Origin: Trichoplax adhaerens
Taxonomy: Eukaryota > Animalia > Placozoa
Direction: 5' to 3'
NCBI RefSeq assembly: GCF_000150275.1
Contig: NW_002060943.1
Span: 574,531-638,530 of the forward strand
DNA: 64,000 nt
Position numbers and translations under genes: made by a program. Shown piece after piece: positions 14,501 to 32,615 of this stretch. Position 1 is the stretch's first letter; the number at the start of each line of letters is the position of its first letter. The notes below the pieces were generated by a model that was given only the letters and a program-made list of their open reading frames with translations, searched no databases and was not told the DNA's origin.

Positions 14501-17500
14501 CTGATCTTCCTACCTTAAGAAGCGAAAATTTAGAAAAATGTGTCCCTTCAGCTTCTAAACATACCTGTACCGAGCTAAACTATGATAGAAATCTTGCAAG
14601 TCCTACTATAATTTCCAATGATGCAGCTGAAATAATGAATGGATCCGAGCCTAATAAGGACGTTAATCAAGTAAGATGGGAACAGAAATCTTTAACCGAT
14701 CATGATGAGGGCAAAGAAGAGCAATTCTTAGGCCAAGATAAAGAACGTTCGGATGGAGTAGAATTAGTTCGGCATCAAATTGATAGAGATCTACAGTCTA
14801 AACAAGAATTTACCCTTTCAGCTTCACCTGCAAATTCTACTAAATTTATTAGAAATATTCCCTCTACCATCCCTAATACTAGTGCAAATAGAATAGCATA
14901 TCAGACTATGATCTCAGGAGAAGGTATTAATGTAGATGATTTTAAAGACGATTATCAACCCTGCCCACTCGGTTCCTGCATAGATAATTCTTCGATCGAG
15001 AATACTTCAGTTCATGATGATGTAGTTTATGAAGTTCAAGGTAATCAAACTAGTCAAGAATAGCTAAAGTATCTTGCTGCTATAAAGAATAGTGATGCTA
15101 ATATTGATTGAATATCTTTACGTTCTGTTCAACAGGAATAAATGAGTCTGCCAAGTCCGTTGTACAAATCAGCAGAGAAATTTCAAGTAATGCCAATATT
15201 ACTCATTCGTCCTTGGAATCAGACATACTTCAACATAGTGAAGCTTCTAATGATATAGACAGGAATCAATATCTACAGCCAATTCATATGGTGGACAAGA
15301 TCGATGACGAGATTAGAAATAAGGCGTTAGGAAAATCCCAATCTCAAACTTCCGAAGGAAGCAACACTGTCGGAATAAATGATAGACAAGAAGACACAAA
15401 CTATGGGCAAAAAGGCGTTAATACAAATAACTTTATAAAAATCTCTCAAATTCAAAATGAAAATTCAAATCAGGAAGTAGGTGATACCAGGGTACAAGAA
15501 GAGAAAGAATCGAATATCAAGGCAGAAATACGGATTGAGAATACTATTAAGGTACAGATTGATGATAGGAGGGATGGCTCAATTGGAAATGAAATCAATC
15601 CTAACATTAACCTACGAGACCAGAAGCCAAGCAATCAAAAATTTCAAAAGGCAAAAGAGGCTGAGAATAATAAGCCATTGCATATTAGTTCTAATCTTGC
15701 AGTTGATGATGCATCCAAGAATAACCCAGTTTCGAATGTTGCTGAGGATAGTGAGAATAATGACATCGAAAATGTAGACATTAATGTAGAATTAATGAAT
15801 GAAGCATCTAATAAAGTTGGGGAACAGAAATTACCAACTAATATTGGTCCTAATGCAAAGACTATGAAGAAAGAAGGAAACTTAGATTTTGGGATGGATT
15901 TGAAGTTAGAATCTTATGTTCAAGACATGAAGATCAAGAAAGAAAGTGCCATCGCTTCAGCAAAAAAAGCTGTCAAGAGTTCCTACATCGATCAAAAACA
16001 AAACCAATTGGAAAGAGAGAAGATAGAGAATGTGCATGCTAACCCACATCAGGTACATAAAGAAACAGAAACAATCTTCCCTTCCACGGCGGATATACGG
16101 GTATCATCGCTTATGAAGGGGGAAAAGCAGAATGGTAACGATGAGATGGTTTCTACTGCTGCCTTGCTATTGCCTCAATGCAATAATCAAGATAGTTGTA
16201 CTGAACAGCCGAAAGAAAGCAACCATGATTCTGAGATTAAGCTGATTGAGCGAGAAAAGTACAGTAAGGAAGTGAATGATGATAATATGCTAATAAAGCA
16301 TTCATCGTACAAAGACACCATAAATACTGATATGTTAAAAGAAGATTTTTCAAGCGTGGACATTACTCAAAATAAGCAGGATCGTTGTCAAAATGATACA
16401 AGTACTAATGCTAACGATTTGGAATCAGAATCAATTGGCCAAGGTTTTCGTGATGAAGAAGAAGAGGAAGTAAGCACATCAGTAGAGAATACAAAGAAGA
16501 AACATCGTAGCCATCGTCATGGCCATAGTAAACGAAAAGATGGTAAGAAACACCGCAAAAAACATCGAAAAGAGAAAACTTCTAATTCTCATCACCATAA
16601 GGTCAGCTTAAAATAATTAGAAGTAAATCTTGTATTTCTTACAAGCTAGTCGACTTTTCTAATGGTGTATAGAAACTATGGTTTACATATTTATTATAGC
16701 TCCTGTCTGCAATATTGTTAATACAATTACAGCGTTTCTATTCTAAATTAATGATAGAAATAATTTTGAAATGCTGTACCGGTAATATAGGGAAGTCTGC
16801 TAGAATCGATCATAGAAGAAGATGAAGATGTAGCAATAGAGCCAGAAACAAGGAAATCAACTGATTTTTATGTAGAGCCTGATCATGAAGTAGCAAAACT
16901 TATAGGAAAATTAATCTGCAATGAAGAAATCGATGAAGACAGCGATGTTGAGCAAGATATTGAATCTATTATTTACGATGATGAAATATTTTACCCACTA
17001 ATTAATGCCTTAGTCTCAAAGGTAGGATATCATTGTTAAAAAAATTAATAAGTAAACAGTTAAAATTGTAAAATCATAAAACATTCGAACGCATTGATTT
17101 TAATATAGCATGCTCTTATGTTTTGTATTATTAGTATGAAAGCATCGTTGAGAATAAATTAAGCGATTTTTCCAGCAATGATCAAGAACTTATTGAAGGA
17201 CAGTTTCAATCATTTCAGGAAATATTAGCTACAGCAGATAAATGTTGGTCAGCATACCATGCTGGTAATGATTTTGAGGTTTTAGAGAATATCAGGAGAC
17301 TTAAAAGCACATTAATTGAGGTAAGTTGACGACCAAAAAACTAATCAATTCGACTAGCTATTGAACCATTTACGTACTTTATTAGTAATGTTAGAAAGTG
17401 AAAACGATTTAACATGGTCTAGTTGTAAGAAAATTTTCTTAACCTTGATCTTACTGAAGTTGCGAATGGCTCTATTCCATTTGTAGTTGATAGATGAAAA

Positions 17501-17582
17501 TTATATCCATCAAGATGGCCTTAGTATAATTAGTAATACTATTGGAAAATCTCGTGTGCCGAAGAATTGTATAATTTTATAA
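8367..17582 (+). CDS. ~2256-aa protein: N-terminal RIIa (PKA-RII dimerisation/docking)-like domain, long disordered body, conserved C-terminal domain, CaaX (CIIL); paralogue B
   Basis: Exons 8367-8517, 10400-15040, 15136-16601, 16791-17021, 17135-17320, 17487-17582. All GT-AG with matching phases (1,1,0,0,0); total 6771 nt = 2257 codons with no internal stop. A TACTAAC branch-like motif precedes the 10400 acceptor. Confidence 0.8.
12238..12707 (+). repeat. Coding tandem repeat, 3 x 156 bp (52 aa)
   Basis: Three copies of E.SERE.YRK..V.AH.SSSSLLLEEITQNDD..LQN.DREE.V....EVES at 156-bp spacing, highly similar at DNA level. Confidence 0.9.
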
Positions 17583-18378
17583 AGTGAATAAGTATACTCT
17601 ATTAACAAACAACTGCACGGAGGCTTGCAAACGTTTCCCAATAAATATAAAAATGCTGTACCTATGATTAATGTAAACTATTATATGATGAATAAAATGC
17701 ATTCTTCAGCAATGGTGATTATCTCGTGATATACTGTAGTACGGTAAACGTAATTTAGGGTTAATTACGTAGCAAACTATAATTATATGCAATTAACCAA
17801 AAAGAAATTGTTTTCGTTAAAAATTTCGTTAGTCACCAAGTGCTTGCATGTCTGCATTTGTAAGACGTGCAGAGCTTACGATTTTAGACATTTCAGGATG
17901 ATAGCATGCTACGTTATGAAGAACCAATGGATTTAAGAGAGATAGTCCATCCAGTCACACATTTTCAGCTTAGTTGCTTTTTATTAATTTTTTGAATAGC
18001 TCTCTAGTAGCAAATAGCGCAGCAAGTCTAATCAGACAGCACCAATAATATAATTAAAGGTCAACAAAGTAAAACAGTGTATTTTGCAATCATCCAGCCA
18101 AACAATATTAGGGCATCTAGACATCAAATTAAATTATGGCATGTTCAATTATATATTAGAAATCTGTTTCAAACACTCTTAGATTAAATTTCAAATTTTA
18201 TTGGCCAAGAAATTGATCAACACAGTATGTGTATCTTCATTTAAACGATTCTATTTTAGGATCAAGTTGTTTCAATTAAATTAAAAGCGAACAATTGAGG
18301 CGAAATAATTTACTGCAGTGAATCAACACTGTAAAAAAATTCTCTAAAGGCAGGGTGTAGTGAAGGAGGATATTATAT

Positions 18379-25343
<6,965 letters not shown>

Positions 25344-26059
25344 TTCTTAGCAGAATTGAGCTATAGTCATGCAAAAGATAGAAAATTGCAAAATGATATT
25401 ACCATGATTGATGGAAGCAAATCCATCCAACAGTATTGCAATGGATGGAGAAACAATCTCCTTTTCCATCCATACGCATTTTCCGACGATCAATACCGAC
25501 GCATCGAAAGGTAAGAATCGATACTGCAGATCGACATCCACTGCTCAAGTATCATCTATGCATTAATATAGCAATAACATCATTCAATCTCTTTAGCCAT
25601 GATACAATCATGGCCAAAGAGTAGGAGACAATTTCCAATTTTGCCCTTACAAAATGTCGACGAGCAAGAGCTTCTTCTAGCAGAGTTGGCACGTTAGTTG
25701 ACTGGTTGGTCCGTACCGGGATATTCAAGGGTCTCGCTATTTTATAGTGTTCAGTATAGTAGGCAAGGCCATCCCCTGGCATACCAGGTCGGCTAGAAGA
25801 TGGACAATGGTGGTACCCTAGTCGCTGGTTGCACCATATGCCATAGTATGCGACTTGACCAATCAGCGTTTGCACGCTGATTGTTTATACAGTCTCCACC
25901 TTTTCCTTACCTCTAGGGACAATAGAGTCCAGTCCAGTTCGGTCCAGTCCGGTCCGGACCGGTTTACAGCTGTTTACGCGATGGTTTGTTTGTTTGTTGA
26001 TGAACAACATGGCGTCATGATAAACAAGGAAGGATTGGACATGGACCACCAGAAATAGA

Positions 26060-28610
26060 ATGGTACTTTCTGCTGGTTTATGGCAGAGTCATGCAAAATG
26101 GCTCATTATCTACCAAATAGGCAACATTTTCAGCTTTAACTCCAGAGTGGCCCAAAATACTTTTGCAGTTTAGGGTCGAGAGGAGTTGCAGGCAAATATT
26201 GCTTATCGGATTGGGGCCTTGATCAAGCTGTCAATAAGGTCGTTTTCCAGTTCTCTGGTCTCATACAATTTCCATCTTTTACTAGTTCCATTGTAAGAAG
26301 TGTAATCTTCCATTCGAAGAAATATCAGTATTTTCAGCTATTTTGATAAGTGTACCCACAGATAATGACAGTACAGTACAGTATTACTTTGGATGGATAA
26401 CCCTTGGAAGCAATATGACGCATACTGCTAGTTTCTTCATGGCAGAGTCCTGGATCAGGTCCCTAAACTCAATTCAACTCGATAGTGCCGGAAAAACTTT
26501 TGAGTTTAGGCTTGAGTTTGAGGCAAATATTGCTTATCGGATTGGGGCTTGATCAAGCTGTCAATAAGGTCGTTTTCCAGCTTTCTGGTCTCTTACAATT
26601 TCTATCTTTTACTCATTCCATTCTGAGAAGTGTAATCTTCCATTCGGAGAAATATCAGTATTTTCAGCTATTTTGATAAGTGTACCCACAGATAATGACA
26701 GTACTGTATTACTTTGGATGGATAACCCATGGAAGCAATATGACGCATACTGCTGCTTTCTTCTTGGCAGAGTCCTGGATTAGGTCCCCAAACTCAATTC
26801 AACTGGATAGTGCCCGTAAAATTTTTGAATTGAGGGTTGAGTAGAGTTGGAGGCAAATATTACCTTTCGGCTTCAGGCTTTATCTATCAATGGGGTCGTT
26901 TTCCAGCTCTTTTTCTGGTCTCATGCAATTTCTATCTTTTACTGATTGCGTTCGCTGAAATATCACTATTTCAGCTATTTTGACAACTGTACCCGCAGAT
27001 AATGACAGTACTATATTATTTTGAATGGATAACCCTTGGAAGCAATATGACGCATACTGCTGGTTCCTTCTTGGCAGAGTCCTGGATTAGGTCCCCAAAC
27101 TCAATTCAACTCGATAGTGCCGGAAAAACTTTTGAGTTTAGGCTTGAGTTTGAGGCAAATATTGCTTATCGGATTCGGCCTTGATCAAAGCTGTCAATAA
27201 GGTCGTTTTCCAGCTCTCTGGTCTCATACAATTTCCATCTTTTACTGATTGCGTTCGCTGAAATATCACTATTTCAGCTATTTTGACAACTGTACCCGCA
27301 GATAATGACAGTACTATATTATTTTGAATGGATAACCCTTGGAAGCAATATGACGCATACTGCTAGTTTCTTCATGGCAGAGTCCTGGACTAGGTCCCCA
27401 AACTCAATTCAACCCAATTCAACTGGATAGTGCTGGAAAAATTTTTGAGTTTAGGCTTGAGTTTGAGGCAAATATTGCTTATCGGATTGGGGCTTGATCA
27501 AGCTGTCAATAAGGTCGTTTTCCAGCTTTCTGGTCTCTTACAATTTCTATCTTTTACTCATTCCATTCTGAGAAGTGTAATCTTCCATTCGGAGAAATAT
27601 CAGTATTTTCAGCTATTTTGATAAGTGTACCCACAGATAATGACAGTACTGTATTACTTTGGATGGATAACCCATGGAAGCAATATGACGCATACTGCTA
27701 GTTTCTTCATGGCAGAGTCTTGGATTTGATCCCCAAACTCAATTCAACCCAATTCAACTCGATAGCGCTGGAAAATTTTTGAATTTAGGGTTGAGTGGAG
27801 TTTGAGGCAAATATTACCTTTCGGCTTCAGACTTTATCGAGCTGTCAATAGGGTCATTTTCTAGCCCTCTTTCTGGTCTCATGCAATTTCTATCTTTTAC
27901 TGATTGCGTTCGCTGAAATATCTGTATTTTCAGCTATTTTGATAAGTGTACCTGCAGACTATGACAGCACTGTATTACTTTAGGTCGATAACCAATCGTA
28001 GTAATAAGAACGCTGACAGCTGGTTTCTTCTTGGCAAAGTGCTTGATTGGGTCCCCAAACTCAATTCAACCCAATTTAACTCGACAGTGCCGAAATACTT
28101 TTGCAGTTTAGGGTTGAGTTGAGTTTCAGGGAAACATTGCTTTTCGAATTCAGGCTTTATCAAGCAGTCAATCTCATTGTTGTGTAGCTTTCTGGTCTAT
28201 TCTACTGTACGGTTTCCTAGAATTGTACAATTTTTATCTTTTACTGATTGCATTCTGAGAACTCGAATCCTCTGCACTTGGATATGACAGTATTTTATCC
28301 ATTTTAAAGAATGTTCTCTCCTGGCTATATGCATTCCAGTCGTTCCGCAGTATTGCTTTTAATTGATGAATCTCAACCCGAGAGTGGCCGAAAAACTTTT
28401 TGGCCTAGGGCTGAGTTGAGTTTCAGGGAAATATTGCCTTTCGGATTCCGGCTTTATCAAGCCGTCAATCTCGTCGTTGTGTAGCTTTCTGGTCGATAAT
28501 CTTTTAAAATTTTTATCTTTTTTACTGATTGCATTCTAAGAACTCCAATCCTCTGCATATCTCGTATCGGTATGCATTCCAGTCGTTCCGCAGTACATGT
28601 ATTGCTTTAT
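26060..28610. repeat. ~300-340-bp satellite-like tandem array, ~8 copies
   Basis: Anchor (gatc)aagctgtcaataaggtcgttttccag recurs at about 26221, 26551, 26885, 27183, 27497, 27840, 28160 and 28458. Duplicated short ORFs (26485/27430; 26343/27002) reflect the repeat. Confidence 0.9.
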
Positions 28611-28869
28611 TTCTCGATCACGAAGAGAAGCAATAAAGCGGATACTGCAGGCTAATTGAAACGTTGTTCCAAGTCACTGAGCTTTAATATAAATACTCGA
28701 TACAAGTATTGTATGTTGCACATCATGTCATTAGCATTAGAATACTGGAAAAAATGGATAAGAACAGATCTAATATTCCTTGCTGGAATATTTAAAAAAT
28801 AAACTTTAAGTATTCAAAAATAAATAAAACTGAGTGCCATTATTACTATACAGTAGAACGACTTGTTCA

Positions 28870-29820
28870 TATCAATAATCTCTTGAAAGATTGAGTAATC
28901 CATGGGACAGCGAGATACTGTTGCCTATTCTTAGATAGGCAATTGCCTCCATGTCGTTGTTAAAATAACTAATGCCGTGGCGCACAATAGCAGTGATTTA
29001 CATTGTGGACAAAATGCAATCAATATTATTCCAACCTAAAGTATCAATTTTGTTCAGTAATGAACTGCTCAAGAATCTCTGAAAAGATTGAGTAGTCCAT
29101 GAAACTACTACAGAGTCGTTGATAGGCTATTGCCTCCATGTAATTATGAAAATGTCTAATGTCCAATACGGCTCTATGTCATGACGCAGAATAGCAGTGA
29201 TTTATATTATGGACAAAATGCAATCACTTGTATTCCAACGCAAAGTATCGATTTTGTACAGTAATGGACTACTCAAGGATCTCTGAAAAGATTGAGTAGT
29301 CCATGGTGTAGCATGGCACTACTGTTATAATCTTTGAAAAGATTTAGTAGTTCAGGTGTAACATGGTGTTACTGCATATTGGTAGGTTTGCTATTGCCTC
29401 CATGCCATCGTGAAAATGATTGATGTCGTGGCGCTCAATAGCTGGGATTTGTATTATGGACAAAATCCAATCGTCTTCCAATTTCCAACACAAAATATCG
29501 ATTTCATGCAGTCATGGACTACTCCATAATCCCTGGAAAGATGGTACAGCATGGTACTATTTCAAATTGGTAGGTATGCTATTGCCTTCATGTCATGGTG
29601 AAATGAATCATGTCAAATACAGTTCTATGTATATCGTAGCACATAAATAGCAGAGATTTGCATTGTGGATAAAATGCAATCAAGAGCGTTGCAAACCAAA
29701 GTATCGCGACTTTGTACAGGCACGATAGATTACTTCAGAATTCCTCGAGAGATGGAGTAGTCCATGGTACAGCATGTATACTACATATCAGTATTCGTAG
29801 ATAGTCTATGACCTCCATGT
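28870..29820. repeat. Degenerate ~180-260-bp tandem repeat array
   Basis: Recurring ctattgcctccatg, aatagcagtgattt..attatggacaaaatgcaatca, aaagtatcgattt and gattgagtagtccatg blocks (4-5 copies). Confidence 0.75.
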
Positions 29821-30898
29821 TAAGCTATACTCTGCGGTTGAGCTGTGACCTATAAGTTATAACTTATCTTCTTTCATTCTCGACATTTTAATAAACTTAT
29901 TCCATTTTCCACCAAATTATTTTAGCCTCCTTCATTGTGGAGAGCAACAATTCTACATATATGGTACGGGTATATACAGCACATGGTATGATTTATCAGT
30001 AATTGCTCGGAGCTTGGGAGAATACTTACTTGTATTTTGTGCGTATAATAAGGTAGGATTCGCATTAGATCTACATTTACTGTTCATGACATTTCCCTAG
30101 CTAATGTGAACGTGTCAGCACGAAACAGTCTAGGCAATATAAGGTCTGATAAGTGTTTTCTTGCTATGGAGAGTTTAGGCTCGGATAACTAGGCTGCAAG
30201 CCAATGGCGACAATATTGTAATATGATTTGTATTTAGGCAACAATGAGGAATGCTAGTAACTGCTAGAGGAGAAGGAATAGGTTGAATTGGATCGAGAAG
30301 AAGACAACAGTAGGTAGCGAGTTTCACACATTTAGCAGAGTATGCTAGAGCTGATAAAGGAACAGAATGCTATATCGATGTTGTTCTATCTCTATTTATT
30401 CATAGGTTAGCTAATATATGATATTCAATATTACTAGCCTTATAACCTGTCGCATTGCTAATAAACTATGACTCATAACCTTATTGCTCTTACAAATCCA
30501 TGTATGCAAGAGTTATTTAATTGTTGATATCAAAGCATGATACTTACTTCACTGTTATACTACCATTTTTGGGGGGATCCAAGATGCAAGACATACCGTA
30601 GTTGAATGGGCAGACGGGATCGAAAAATCACGCTAAAATCATTTTACCTTCCGTATAGCAAAGCTAATTTCTTAAGTGAGATCTTAAACGCTTACAAATA
30701 GTAACGTATACAGCATCCTTAGCCTATTCCATAGCTAAAGTAAATACAATCTCCTTTCGAGAATTAACGCTATAAAATGTTGTAAAATTTGATCAGACTA
30801 TGAAAACTACAAAACAAAACTCCGAAATATGGCCTTTAATATGCAGCAGACTACAGGGAGTGCTGTACACTGTTTGAAACTGACTCTTGCACATTATC
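29344..30898 (+). repeat. 1.55-kb segment duplicated at 62442-64000
   Basis: Near-identical at an offset of 33098. The same 76-aa ORF appears at 29420 and 62518. Confidence 0.95.
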
Positions 30899-32615
30899 AA
30901 GTGCTTATATACTGCATACAATAAAGTTGGTTTTTACGAGTAGTATAAACCTTCACTCCTGTGAAAGATAGGTAAATCTCGAATAAGAGTCAAAATTCAA
31001 ATTGCTTGCACATCTATGATCGCAGGTATTTATTCTTTAACCACGAGTTCAGCTCTATCGAGCTTGTGTTGATAATGAAGTTGAGTTGATGATTACGAAT
31101 AGACTACGCCAGTAATCAGAAATTCTGTATTATTTTTGCATTCTTTATTACACTTAACACCAGCAAATCCATAAAACACCTGTACTTTCACAGTGACAAA
31201 TAAATCTTAATTTGAAACATTATAATAAGAATATTCATGTGAATAATATCTGCTAATTTAAGTAATTAGTATTTGATAAAATTCATTTGAAATGGTCATG
31301 TAACTTTTAATAGATAAGTACATATATATATATTTATACTTCATAATTCGCAGCTTCATAGTTTCCATCCTTATAGCTAGACATGAAATTGCTAACGCAA
31401 TTGTTATACCCAGGGAAACAAACATTAATCTGAGGGATAAGATAATTCAAGTCTCTTAATGAGATGAAATATAATACCATGACAGGATAATATTATTACT
31501 AACAACGACATAAACTATTTTAATTATGTATAGTAGAATATCTTAAATGGACCATAAAACCGGAGCTGCATATTGAGCAGACCGTCAGTCACCATCATAC
31601 ATGCAATTATTACTACGATATTTACTACAGCGCACTATATGCGGCAAAGAGAGTAGTTGCGTAAACTATATAAAGAATCCTGCTAACTTATTTGTTAATA
31701 TACTACTTAATTAACCATAAGAATGAATCATATAGCATAGCAATATTGAATTAGTGGTGTAAAAGTTTCAATAAAATATACGACAAAAAACGAATGAAAT
31801 AATCTTTGAAGTAATAATGATGAACTTACTGTACTTCTATAAGCCATTATCACTATTAGTGACAATTTTACCTCGAAATCGAAATGATAAATCTGAAATA
31901 CAAGTCTGTTCTCTAAAAATTGCCATTAGTCAGCTATTTGGCTACACTTCATTATGCTTCAGGCTGACATCGGAAAATAAATTCATAATTTTTAACGTGT
32001 AAGAACTATACCTCACAGTTACAAAGCCTAATTTCCCCACGTATTGACTCAAAACTACATAGAATTAAATATCGCTTAATACCAGTAATATACCACATGG
32101 ATAATAAATATCAAGTTTGAACAATGCTTCCAGCATTGTCTTATAAATAAAGATGTACACAACATATATATTTATATCTAAATAGATATATATATATAAA
32201 TACTAGCATACTTGCCAAAGTTGTCTTTATAATATAGCCGTATGTAACTAAATTGTATATCACAAGTTATTACAAGAGATTTACAATCAATACGTGCGTA
32301 TTACATTGTTATAGCCAGTCTGCTAATATTCTTAATTGGTTAAGATTGAGAATGATATTGAAAGCAATAGAAATTGAAATATTAGCTTAAACTAATCTAA
32401 ATTACTATTCCAAGAGTAGATTACAGTTTATGCCTTTAGTTATTTTCTAAACACCGTATGTATATTGCAAGTACCACTTTAATTTTTGTATCGTCAGGCT
32501 ATCCAAAGGATGCATCAGTTCTCTTTCATTATGGCTGTATGCAGTAGATACAAGTTGCATGCGTCAAGTTTTTTGTTGTTTCCAGACTTGAAAGGTGATT
32601 TATTTCATGCTGGTG

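Noticed and set aside
10290-15777. Multiple nested or antisense ORFs, including the repetitive 163-aa ORF at 12116-12607
   Set aside because: By-products of the giant coding exons and the 156-bp repeat.
29420-29650. Identical 76-aa ORF present twice (also 62518-62748)
   Set aside because: Identity is explained by the segment duplication; it lies in a degenerate repeat and starts at a non-ATG codon.
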